Assembly: GCA_026391735.1 (NCBI GenBank)
Contig: JAPLDL010000017.1
Location: forward strand, 11,522 to 75,521
Source: Bacteroidota bacterium
GTDB lineage: Bacteria; Bacteroidota; Bacteroidia; Bacteroidales; FEN-979
Length of the DNA: 64,000 bases
Reading direction: 5' to 3'
Positions within the stretch are counted from its first letter, which is position 1. Every line of letters begins with the position of its first letter. Positions 20,013 to 29,211 of the stretch are shown in pieces. The translations under genes and the position numbers were made by a program. The notes under the pieces are model-generated. The model searched no databases, was not told where the DNA came from, and saw nothing but the letters and a program-made list of their open reading frames with translations.

Positions 20013-21248
20013 ATGTTCCATCTTTTCCACACCCAGCTGCCGTTTATCGTTAATCTGCTGGTCCTTTTATTGTCGGCAAAAATCCTGGGAGAAGTAGCTG
20101 AACGTTTCGGACAGCCTGCAATGATAGGCGAGGTATTGGCCGGGGTGATCCTTGGTCCTTCGCTGTTCAATATAATCCCTGTTGTGGGTGACATTAAACC
20201 TATTGCCGACCTGGGTGTTTTCCTACTGATCTTCATGGCTGGAATGGAAATTGAAGCTGAAGAGATCAGGAACTCAATAAGGGGGAAGAATCTATGGATC
20301 GCTTTGCTTGGTTTTATAATTCCTTTGGGGAGCGGACTTCTGATTGGTCACGTCTTTCATTTCAGTAATATTTTCACGATTTTTCTGGGGTTGTGTATTG
20401 CTATTACGGCTCTGCCTGTAAGCGTCAGGATTCTCATGGACCTTGGCAAACTTCAGACCGATGTGGGACAAAGGATAATCTCTGCCGCCATATTCAATGA
20501 TATCGTTTCGCTTATGGTACTGGGGGTGATTCTCGATTACAACGGAGCCTCCGGCAACCTTAGGGATGTTACATTCTCGATACTTTTCACCAGCGGGAAA
20601 ATGATATTATTTATATTCTTCCTGGTTACAGCATACAGGCTTATCGGTATTTCCAAGAAAAGGGTAAACACCCTCAATCCCAAGATCGAGAAGTTCCTGC
20701 ATTACCTGAAAGGAAAGGAAAGCTTATTTGCATTAGTAATACTTTTCGTTCTTATTTTTTCAAGCATTGCCGACCTGCTTGGACTTCATTTCATCGTCGG
20801 GGCATTTTTCGGGGCTTTGCTCTTTCCTAGAGCCTTGTTCCAAAAAGAAAAGTTTGAACAGGTAAAACATTCCACTTCAAGTTTTACCATGGGTTTTCTT
20901 GCTCCGATATTTTTTGCCATTATGGGGGTTCAGTTTGATGCAACAGCGCTTACAAACGGGTTACTTCTTACTGTTGTGCTTATTGCATCGTTCCTGAGTA
21001 AGATCCTGGGGGGATATTTCGGTTCAAGGCTTGCCGGATTTGACAACGTAAAATCAATCACAATAGGCTTGGGGCTTAATGCCCGCGGCATCATGGAACT
21101 GGTGATAGCTAACATTGCCCTGCAGAAAGGCTTCATCGACGTCCCTACCTTTTCTATCCTTGTCGTAATGGCCCTGCTTACCACCATCATCACACCTTTG
21201 CTATTGAAGGATGCCTTTCTCCGTATCGAGAAAACAGCCAGCCCCTAA
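20013..21248 (+). CDS. CPA2 cation:proton antiporter (Kef-like)
   Basis: GQPAMIGEVLAGVILGPS, ITALPV, AAIFND, GLNARG; about 12 TM helices. Confidence 0.92.
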   Translation: MFHLFHTQLPFIVNLLVLLLSAKILGEVAERFGQPAMIGEVLAGVILGPSLFNIIPVVGDIKPIADLGVFLLIFMAGMEIEAEEIRNSIRGKNLWIALLGFIIPLGSGLLIGHVFHFSNIFTIFLGLCIAITALPVSVRILMDLGKLQTDVGQRIISAAIFNDIVSLMVLGVILDYNGASGNLRDVTFSILFTSGKMILFIFFLVTAYRLIGISKKRVNTLNPKIEKFLHYLKGKESLFALVILFVLIFSSIADLLGLHFIVGAFFGALLFPRALFQKEKFEQVKHSTSSFTMGFLAPIFFAIMGVQFDATALTNGLLLTVVLIASFLSKILGGYFGSRLAGFDNVKSITIGLGLNARGIMELVIANIALQKGFIDVPTFSILVVMALLTTIITPLLLKDAFLRIEKTASP

Positions 21249-21300
21249 ACCGAAAATAAAAAAACGACTACCTTTGCCCACCTAATTAAACTTACGGCCA

Positions 21301-21948
21301 ATGGAACTGATCAGGCATTTAATCGATTTTATACTTCATATCGATCAGCACTTGCTGAAAATTGTAACTGATTACCAGACCTGGGCATACCTGATCCTTT
21401 TTCTTATAATTTTCATGGAGACCGGACTGGTGGTCACACCTTTCCTTCCGGGTGACTCCCTTTTATTTGCAGCAGGGACAATAGCGGCCATGCCAGGCGA
21501 ACCCTTGCAGATGCTGCCTTTGATCATTCTGCTCATCTGCGCTGCTTTCGGGGGAGACAACACGAATTATTTCATTGGCAGGTTCCTTGGACAAAAGGTA
21601 TATGATAAAAACTACCGCCTGATCAAGCGGGAATATCTTGACAAAACGCATGCCTTCTATGAAAAACACGGGGGTAAAACCCTGATCATCGCCAGGTTCA
21701 TGCCTATCATCAGGACCTTCGCCCCTTTTGTTGCAGGAGTTGGCCGAATGACTTACATACGGTTTATCAGCTTCAGTATCTTCGGGAATGTGCTTTGGGT
21801 TATTCTATTTACCCTGGCAGGTTACTTTTTCGGCAATATCACGTTCATTAAAAACAATTTCACGGTGGCTATTCTCGCCATCATTTTCATTTCGCTTTTA
21901 CCGATGATCGTGGCTTTTATTCAGAATTTATTCAAAAAGAAGGGCTGA
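21301..21948 (+). CDS. dedA: DedA family membrane protein
   Basis: ETGLVVTPFLPGDSLLF, ARFMPIIRTFAPFVAG; TACCTTTG box at 21269-21276. Confidence 0.93.
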   Translation: MELIRHLIDFILHIDQHLLKIVTDYQTWAYLILFLIIFMETGLVVTPFLPGDSLLFAAGTIAAMPGEPLQMLPLIILLICAAFGGDNTNYFIGRFLGQKVYDKNYRLIKREYLDKTHAFYEKHGGKTLIIARFMPIIRTFAPFVAGVGRMTYIRFISFSIFGNVLWVILFTLAGYFFGNITFIKNNFTVAILAIIFISLLPMIVAFIQNLFKKKG

Positions 21949-21950
21949 TC

Positions 21951-22910
21951 TCAGGATCTCTTTCTTGCCAGTACTGCTTTAACTGCATTTACCACGTCGG
22001 GGGTATCCAACCCGAATTTCTTCAAAAGCTCTTCGGGAGTTCCGCTTTCACCAAAGGAATCATCAACCGCCACCATTTCAATTGGTACAGGATATTTTCT
22101 CACCAACAGCTGGGCAATGCTGTCGCCAAGTCCGCCATTCCTCTCATGTTCTTCGGCTGTGACCGCACATCCTGTCCTGCGAACCGAAGCAATCACTGCC
22201 TCTTCGTCGAGGGGTTTTATGGTATGTATATTGATGACTTCTGATGAAATCCCCTCCTGTTCAAGCAAACGGCAGGCTTCAAGAGCTTTCCACACCAGAT
22301 GGCCTGTAGCAAAAATACTTACATCCCTGCCTTCGCTGAGCAATAAGGCTTTCCCGATTTCGAACGTCTGGCCGGCCGGAGTAAAATTCGGGACTTTGGG
22401 GCGGCCAAACCTCAAATAAACAGGGCCGTTATGATGGGATACCGCGAGAGTTGCAGCTTTTGTCTGGTTGAAATCACAGGGGTTTATGACTGTCATATCA
22501 GGCAACATCTTCATCATCCCGATATCTTCCATATTCTGATGCGTCGCCCCGTCCTCTCCAAGAGTAATGCCTGCATGGGAAGCACAGATCTTGACGTTCT
22601 TCCCGGAATAAGCAACAGATTGCCTGATCTGGTCATAAACCCTGCCTGTAGAGAAATTTGCAAAAGTCCCGGTAAACGGGATCTTTCCGCCTATGGTAAG
22701 TCCTGCCGCAATACAGATCATATTTGCCTCTGCAATGCCTGTCTGGATAAATCTTTCGGGGAACTCCCTGGCAAATGATTCCAGTTTCATGGAAGGAGTC
22801 AGGTCGGCACAAAGGACCACCACATCGGGGTTCGTTCTACCAAGTTCCTGCATGGCTTCACCAAATCCCGAACGGGTATCTTTAGAACCGGAATTAGTAT
22901 AATCTGTCAT
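21951..22910 (-). CDS. transketolase C-terminal subunit
   Basis: GIAEANM, GEDGATHQ, YLRFGR, IKPLD, FGESG. Confidence 0.95.
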   Translation of the reverse strand: MTDYTNSGSKDTRSGFGEAMQELGRTNPDVVVLCADLTPSMKLESFAREFPERFIQTGIAEANMICIAAGLTIGGKIPFTGTFANFSTGRVYDQIRQSVAYSGKNVKICASHAGITLGEDGATHQNMEDIGMMKMLPDMTVINPCDFNQTKAATLAVSHHNGPVYLRFGRPKVPNFTPAGQTFEIGKALLLSEGRDVSIFATGHLVWKALEACRLLEQEGISSEVINIHTIKPLDEEAVIASVRRTGCAVTAEEHERNGGLGDSIAQLLVRKYPVPIEMVAVDDSFGESGTPEELLKKFGLDTPDVVNAVKAVLARKRS

Positions 22911-22960
22911 GGCTTTAACAAATTTGCTTATTTCAATTATCTGACATCCTACGTAAGATG

Positions 22961-24394
22961 TCAGTTCGAGTACATCTTCACATTCGTGGTCTGTCCTGAT
23001 TCCACTTTAAACGACTTCTCTTCGGTATAGGAGGATGAGTTGGAATATTTTGGTCTGAATACCACCCTGTAATTTCCCGGTTGCAGGTAAAGTGTTTCCT
23101 GCTGCTGCTGGTTATCTTTAAGATTGTATAACCATGTAAGACCCTTTTTCTCTTCAATGTAAAGGCTGCCGTAACCATTTGTCGCCCTCTGAATGACTGC
23201 AATGCCAGGGGTCGGAATTTCCACGAATGTGGTGTGGCTTTGGGTCACTTCAACATCTTTTACAATGATCCTGGGCATACAAAGTATTTCAATATCATAT
23301 TTACCTACCAGATATTTTTCCACCTGGTCAAACTGCTGTACATTGAGGGTTTGGGCCTGACCTGATCTCCTGATAATACAAGGCAAATATTTTAGTGTTG
23401 CATTTCCTCCTGCCTTAAACGTGAGGTTCCCCTGGGGTGCATCAACGCCCACAATAGTATGCTTGCCGGGGGTAAGTTTGATGGAATCCTTAAACACAGG
23501 CGGTATCGTATGGACTACGAGGTTATAGGTAACCAAAGGGTCCACGTCGAGCGTATCGGGAAGACCTTTGGCATTCAGCGAATGGATGAAATTATATTTG
23601 ATCAGTGAGCTTTTACTGTCATAAAATGTCATTGCCACATTCGTTTCGGTAGGGTCGTGATTCTGGTCAAGAAGATTAACCTGCATGGTGGTCGGGTTGA
23701 GTGTGCGGCTGATGATCACTTTGAGTGCATTAGTAAATTCCTTTTCATTGCTGGCATCAAAATAGGTACCCACACAATCAAACTGGTCTTTGAAGTTTTT
23801 GCCCAACCCCACGATAAAAGGTTTAAGGGCAATACCTTTTTGCTGCAGTTCAGCCGAGGCTGCACATGGGTCTCCTCCGCATTCTTCCAGCCCGTCGGTG
23901 ATGAGGATGATCACATTACGGCAATGGTCGCAGGGAGTGAAATCTTTTGCAGCCAGTGAAAGAGAATATGCAATAGGAGTAGTACCATTGGGACTTATTA
24001 TCTTCAACACATGTTTTATCCTGGCAGTATTATCTTTAGCAAACGGAACTTCAAGCCTTGAATCACTGCAGTCCTGGGGCGGAAATGGCTTCTGATGCCC
24101 GTACACCCTTAAGGCAAGTTCAAGATCCGGGACATTGCGCAGACTGTCAAGAAGCCCTGAAAGCAGGCGTGTAGCAATATTGAATTTTGTATCGCTTTGC
24201 CATCGTCCATACATACTCTGGGAAGCGTCGAACACAAAAAGAATACGGGTAACGGGTTTAGGTTTTTCAGGTTCTTTACGAACCTGGCCGAAAACAGACT
24301 GAAAAGAGAAGATCAGGCTTAAAAGCAGTAACAATGCAGCTGACCTGTACATGAAATTCATCCGGCACGTATAATTTTTCAACTGGTTCTGCAT
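22961..24394 (-). CDS. exported von Willebrand factor A domain protein
   Basis: Signal-peptide-like N-terminus, MIDAS DASQS...GTTPI...ITDGLE, beta-rich C-terminal repeats; start moved to ATG 24394. Confidence 0.85.
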   Translation of the reverse strand: MQNQLKNYTCRMNFMYRSAALLLLLSLIFSFQSVFGQVRKEPEKPKPVTRILFVFDASQSMYGRWQSDTKFNIATRLLSGLLDSLRNVPDLELALRVYGHQKPFPPQDCSDSRLEVPFAKDNTARIKHVLKIISPNGTTPIAYSLSLAAKDFTPCDHCRNVIILITDGLEECGGDPCAASAELQQKGIALKPFIVGLGKNFKDQFDCVGTYFDASNEKEFTNALKVIISRTLNPTTMQVNLLDQNHDPTETNVAMTFYDSKSSLIKYNFIHSLNAKGLPDTLDVDPLVTYNLVVHTIPPVFKDSIKLTPGKHTIVGVDAPQGNLTFKAGGNATLKYLPCIIRRSGQAQTLNVQQFDQVEKYLVGKYDIEILCMPRIIVKDVEVTQSHTTFVEIPTPGIAVIQRATNGYGSLYIEEKKGLTWLYNLKDNQQQQETLYLQPGNYRVVFRPKYSNSSSYTEEKSFKVESGQTTNVKMYSN

Positions 24395-24399
24395 GTTAT

Positions 24400-25245
24400 T
24401 TAATAATCGCCCAGGGTTTCCTGAAGCTGGCCAAGGGCCCTGGCAGCCTGGTCGTTGTTTGGAGGAACACCATGCCATTCATGGTTGTCTGTCATAAAAT
24501 CCACACCGTAACCCATATGTGTATGCATAATGATCATATTGGGTTTTCCCTTACCTGCTCCGGCTTTTACTTTATTGAGAACGGTTATTATATCTTCAAT
24601 ATTATTCCCATCCATATCGGTCACGATCCAGCCGAAAGCTTCAAATTTGGCCCGGAGGTTCCCGAGAGGCATAACTTTATCCACAGGTCCATCAATCTGT
24701 TTTCCGTTATAATCCACAACGGCGATCAGATTGTCTATTTTTTTTGCAGGGGCAAACATAAGGGCTTCCCAGTTGGAGCCTTCCTGGAGCTCACCGTCTC
24801 CACAGAGTGCATATACAAGGTGACTGTCCCCATTCATTTTTTTTGCAATCGCTGCGCCGATGGAAACTGAAAGGCCTTGCCCCAGTGAACCTGAAGCTAT
24901 ACGGACTCCCGGAAGTCTCTCGATGGTTGCAGGATGGCCCTGCAGTCGGCTGCCAAGTTTGCGGAAGGTACCTAATTCTTTGACCGGGAAGAAACCGTAC
25001 CTTGCCATGACGCTGTACCAGGCAGGACAAACATGCCCGTTTGAAAGGAAAAAAATATCTTCATTCTTACCGTTCATATCAAACTTTAATGGATCAGGGC
25101 GCATCACCTCAAAGTACAGTACAGTCAAAAAATCGGCTACTCCAAGGGATCCGCCTGGATGACCCGAAGAGGCCCCGTTAACCATCCTGATAATATCCCT
25201 TCTTACCTGTGAGGATATTCTCCGGAGTTCTTCTGTTGCAGGCAT
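24400..25245 (-). CDS. transketolase N-terminal (ThDP-binding) subunit
   Basis: SGHPGGS, LSNGH, LQGHP, GSLGQG, GDGELQEG; TACCTTTG box at 25274-25281. Confidence 0.95.
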   Translation of the reverse strand: MPATEELRRISSQVRRDIIRMVNGASSGHPGGSLGVADFLTVLYFEVMRPDPLKFDMNGKNEDIFFLSNGHVCPAWYSVMARYGFFPVKELGTFRKLGSRLQGHPATIERLPGVRIASGSLGQGLSVSIGAAIAKKMNGDSHLVYALCGDGELQEGSNWEALMFAPAKKIDNLIAVVDYNGKQIDGPVDKVMPLGNLRAKFEAFGWIVTDMDGNNIEDIITVLNKVKAGAGKGKPNMIIMHTHMGYGVDFMTDNHEWHGVPPNNDQAARALGQLQETLGDY

Positions 25246-25402
25246 CTTATAGATTTAATTTACTATTACCGGCCAAAGGTATGTGAATCCCTACTCCATG
25301 TCAGGTTAATGTTAATAAAATTGGATAAGATTTCATATACATCACGGCATTTTTGAGTTCTTTTGTTTTGCCGGATAGGTATGGCATTAATCTTAACCCA
25401 GT

Positions 25403-28321
25403 GTGAGACAGTTGATCCTATTATTTTTTGCTTTTTGCCTGATAGGCCATATGATGCATGCACAGGGCATACAGAGGTCAGACAGCCTATGGGCCGATTC
25501 GGTATTCAGGCAGCTGAGCCCCGAGCAAAAGATAGCCCAACTGTTTATGATCAGGGCCTGGTCTTATAAAGACTCCACCTACAAGGATAGCCTTACTTCG
25601 GTTATTATTAAGAATCAGCCGGGAGGAGTCTGTTTTTTCAAAGGCATGCCTTATGCCCAGGCGATTTTCACAAACCGTCTTCAAAATGCAAGCAAAGTAC
25701 CCATGCTGGTTGCAATAGATGCCGAATGGGGTCTCGGAATGCGGCTCGACAGCACGATCGCTTTTCCTCGGCCGATAACCCTGGGCGCTGTTTCGAACGA
25801 CACCCTGGTCTACCTGATTGCATCGAGGATTGCAGCCGACTGCAGAAGGCTTGGCATTCATATCAATTTTGCACCTGTTGCTGATATCAATTGTAATCCC
25901 GATAACCCGGTCATCAATTTCAGATCTTTTGGCGAAAACAAGTTCAGGGTAACATCCAAAAGTCTTCAGTTTACAAGAGGGCTTCAGGATAACGGGGTAA
26001 TGGCGGTGGCAAAACATTTTCCCGGCCATGGCGATACAGATGCTGATTCCCACCTCACCCTGCCCATAATAACCCATTCCAGGGAAAGGATGGATACGAT
26101 GGAGTTGTATCCATTCAAAGCGCTTATCAGCAATGGCCTGCAGGGGATCATGATTGCCCATCTTTACCTTCCCTGTTACGATTCCGCTCCCAATGCAGCC
26201 GCTACTCTTTCAAAGCCGGTCGTAAGCGATCTACTGAAAGGGAAACTGGGGTTCAAAGGGTTTGTGATCACCGATGCTCTCGACATGCAGGGAGTTGCCA
26301 AATACTTTAAGCCGGGAGAAATTGAGCTTAAAGCATTGCAGGCCGGTAATGACATCCTGCTTCTTCCCCAGAATATTGAAGAAGCCATAAAAGTCATTAA
26401 AATGGCAGCAGACAGTAATCTTGTTTCCTGGGCTGATATCGATAAAAAATGTTTCCGCATTCTGATGTTGAAAAGCGGCCTTGGAGTAAACAAAGGGCCA
26501 ATAGTGACACAAGATCTCTACAAAGATCTGAACTCCAGGGCATCACTGGCATTGCAGAAAGAGGGTTTTGCTTCGGCTGTAACAGTGGTCAGGAACGAAC
26601 TGGGCCTCATCCCGCTGATCTCCCTGGATAAAAGACATATTGCCTACCTGGGTATAGGAGATAAACCGGGCAGGGGTTTTTCTGACGCGCTTAACACCTA
26701 TGCAAGGGTAAGCTCATTTTACCTTCCGCGCAGATCAGGGAAAACAGAACAGGACAGCATGGTTTCTTTGCTGAAGAGGTTCGAAGTAGTCATCATCGGA
26801 CTTCACAATATGACCGGCTATCCTGCCGATAGTTTCAACCTTTCAAAGCCGGCCTTGCACATGGCTGATACTCTTGCAAAGATAAGCAGGACGGTCCTTG
26901 TGGTTTTCGGTAATCCATATTCTTTGCGTTTACTCCCAAAACCTCTGAAAACCGAATCTGTCGTTGTGGCCTACCAGGATTTCCCCGTTACACAGCTCCT
27001 GGCTGCAGAGGTTCTTTTCGGTGGGATAGCTTCAATTGGTCATCTGCCGGTCAGTTCAGCAGGTTTCGCTTACGGCACAGGCGAGGAAACCGATAAAACC
27101 AGGAACTCTTTTGTCATGCCCGAAGAGATCGGACTTACAGAAGCTTCACTCAGCATTATTGATTCCATCGCTTCTGATGGCATTGCAAAGGGAGCCTATC
27201 CCGGCTGCCAGGTGCTGCTTGCAAAAGACGGGAAAGTCTTCTATAACAAAGCATTCGGCCATCCGCAGTATAATGATACGCTTATGGTGAGCACGAATGA
27301 TATCTATGATATAGCTTCTGTGACAAAAATAGCAGCGACCACCCTTGCGATCATGAAACTTTTCGACCAGGGAAAACTGAATCCTGATGACAGCCTGGGT
27401 AAGTTTCTGCATTTTCTCAGCGGATCCGATAAATCTACGATGAGTATCCGCAACATCATGACCCACAGGGCGGGGCTGCAATCCTGGATTCCTTTTTACA
27501 AAACGGTTGTGACCGCCAACGGTTATAATGACAAAGTTTTCAGCAGGGACTCGGGTGCTGCTTTCCCTGTAAGGGTTGCAGCAAATTTATTTATCAATAC
27601 GGCATATCAGGATAGCATGTATAAGTATATTGCAAGGTCGCCACTGGGTGAAAAAGGGAAATACCTTTACAGCGACCTGGGATTTTACCTTCTCAGGCTG
27701 GTAGTGGAAAAACTAAGCGGCAGACCCTTTGAAGCATTCCTGGACGAATCGTTTTATAGTCCGTTGGGCCTGCATCACACCTGTTTTAATCCGTACAGGC
27801 TATTCCCCCTGGAAGTGATTATGCCTACCGAAAACGATACTGATTTCAGGCGGCAGCTTATCAGGGGTTATGTACATGACCCCGGGGCCGCCATGCTGGG
27901 AGGTATCTCGGGACATGCAGGCTTGTTCACCAACGCTCTGGAACTTGGTGTGATCATGCAGATGTTGATCAACCAGGGCAGCTACGGAGGGAAACAGTAT
28001 TTCTCGCCATCCACCGTAAGAACCTTTACAAGCTGTCAGTTCCCTGGAAGCGGGAACCGGCGAGCTTTGGGATTTGACAAGCCTCTGTTTACCTACAGGC
28101 CCGACAGCCCATGCTGTAAAAGCGCTTCCCCTGAAAGTTTCGGACACAGCGGGTTTACCGGAACGTATACTTGGGCCGATCCGGCAAACGGACTGGTTTA
28201 TGTCTTTCTCTCCAACCGGGTCTGTCCGTCTGCAGTAAACCAAAAACTCCGGGATATGAACATCCGGACAAATATACAGCAGGCTGTATATGATCTCTTT
28301 GAAAAGTTTGGGATCAAATAG
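25403..28321 (+). CDS. GH3 beta-N-acetylglucosaminidase (NagZ-like) fused to a beta-lactamase-fold serine hydrolase
   Basis: KHFPGHG, DADSH and ITDAL (GH3); ASVTK (SxxK), YLYSD and GHSGFTG (serine hydrolase). Confidence 0.9.
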   Translation: MRQLILLFFAFCLIGHMMHAQGIQRSDSLWADSVFRQLSPEQKIAQLFMIRAWSYKDSTYKDSLTSVIIKNQPGGVCFFKGMPYAQAIFTNRLQNASKVPMLVAIDAEWGLGMRLDSTIAFPRPITLGAVSNDTLVYLIASRIAADCRRLGIHINFAPVADINCNPDNPVINFRSFGENKFRVTSKSLQFTRGLQDNGVMAVAKHFPGHGDTDADSHLTLPIITHSRERMDTMELYPFKALISNGLQGIMIAHLYLPCYDSAPNAAATLSKPVVSDLLKGKLGFKGFVITDALDMQGVAKYFKPGEIELKALQAGNDILLLPQNIEEAIKVIKMAADSNLVSWADIDKKCFRILMLKSGLGVNKGPIVTQDLYKDLNSRASLALQKEGFASAVTVVRNELGLIPLISLDKRHIAYLGIGDKPGRGFSDALNTYARVSSFYLPRRSGKTEQDSMVSLLKRFEVVIIGLHNMTGYPADSFNLSKPALHMADTLAKISRTVLVVFGNPYSLRLLPKPLKTESVVVAYQDFPVTQLLAAEVLFGGIASIGHLPVSSAGFAYGTGEETDKTRNSFVMPEEIGLTEASLSIIDSIASDGIAKGAYPGCQVLLAKDGKVFYNKAFGHPQYNDTLMVSTNDIYDIASVTKIAATTLAIMKLFDQGKLNPDDSLGKFLHFLSGSDKSTMSIRNIMTHRAGLQSWIPFYKTVVTANGYNDKVFSRDSGAAFPVRVAANLFINTAYQDSMYKYIARSPLGEKGKYLYSDLGFYLLRLVVEKLSGRPFEAFLDESFYSPLGLHHTCFNPYRLFPLEVIMPTENDTDFRRQLIRGYVHDPGAAMLGGISGHAGLFTNALELGVIMQMLINQGSYGGKQYFSPSTVRTFTSCQFPGSGNRRALGFDKPLFTYRPDSPCCKSASPESFGHSGFTGTYTWADPANGLVYVFLSNRVCPSAVNQKLRDMNIRTNIQQAVYDLFEKFGIK

Positions 28322-28357
28322 TTACCTTTGCCGGCAAACCAAAAAACCGAAAAATTA

Positions 28358-29188
28358 ATGAAGAAATATCAAAACCTGTGCATTTGGATATTTGCTATCC
28401 TGTTCACTGCCGCGTTTGCCCATTATCAGCGTTCGACAGGTCCTACGTATCCTGTTAAAGACAAGATAATGGTAGGTACGACTGTTGTGAAATATGAACT
28501 TTCCAGATCGGGAACCTGCGGAAAAGACGAAGCTGTTAAGATCAAAATTCCCGATACTTCGGTTCACGGGGAATTCACTTTCAAACGTTATAAAAGCAAT
28601 GATTCATGGACTACTGTTCCCATGATGCGTGAAAGAGAATACCTGACTGCTTCCGTTCCCCAACAGCCTATGGCCGGCAAAGTGGAATATAAAGTGACCC
28701 TGCTTAAGGGAAGTGAGAAGTTTCCTCTGAGTAATGATCACGATATTGTGATACGCTTCAAAAGGAGCGTTCCCTTAGGCGTTCTGATTTTTCATATCTT
28801 CGTGATATTCAGTGCTATGCTCCTATCAACCGTGACTGGGCTGCAGGCCATTTTCAAAGGGAAGCACATGTTAACCTATACCTGGCTTACAGTGATCTTT
28901 TTTATTGCCGGCGGATGTATTTTGGGGCCGGTTGTACAGAAATATGCTTTCGATGCTTATTGGACCGGATGGCCTTTCGGCCATGATCTCACCGACAATA
29001 AAACCCTTCTGGGGCTTATTTTCTGGGTCATTGCCCTGATCGTACAGTACCGTAAACCCGGAAACCGCACCTGGCCTGTGGTAGCCGCAATCGTGTTCCT
29101 TGTCGTTTACCTGATCCCTCATTCGGTTTTAGGCTCCGAGATTGATTACACCAAACAGGCTCCGTTACAGGAGCAGGGAAGACCGTAA
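28358..29188 (+). CDS. conserved hypothetical membrane protein
   Basis: N-terminal TM, soluble beta domain (YQRSTGPTYP, QPMAGKVEY) and 4 C-terminal TM helices (WTGWPFGHDLTDNKT); TACCTTTG box at 28323-28330. Confidence 0.75.
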   Translation: MKKYQNLCIWIFAILFTAAFAHYQRSTGPTYPVKDKIMVGTTVVKYELSRSGTCGKDEAVKIKIPDTSVHGEFTFKRYKSNDSWTTVPMMREREYLTASVPQQPMAGKVEYKVTLLKGSEKFPLSNDHDIVIRFKRSVPLGVLIFHIFVIFSAMLLSTVTGLQAIFKGKHMLTYTWLTVIFFIAGGCILGPVVQKYAFDAYWTGWPFGHDLTDNKTLLGLIFWVIALIVQYRKPGNRTWPVVAAIVFLVVYLIPHSVLGSEIDYTKQAPLQEQGRP

Positions 29189-29211
29189 TTAGTTATTGGT
29201 CAATTTCCGAT

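Noticed and set aside
24395-24478. Long N-terminal extensions in the ORF track (VWA into tktN; also liaF 4331, pnuC 20030, nadR 19384, beta-helix 13108, rmuC 46805)
   Set aside because: They overlap neighbouring genes, promoter boxes or the MITE-like element; downstream starts fit signal peptides and family N-termini better.
26950-28321. Beta-lactamase as an antibiotic resistance gene
   Set aside because: The SxxK domain is fused to GH3 NagZ, an architecture better explained by cell-wall recycling.
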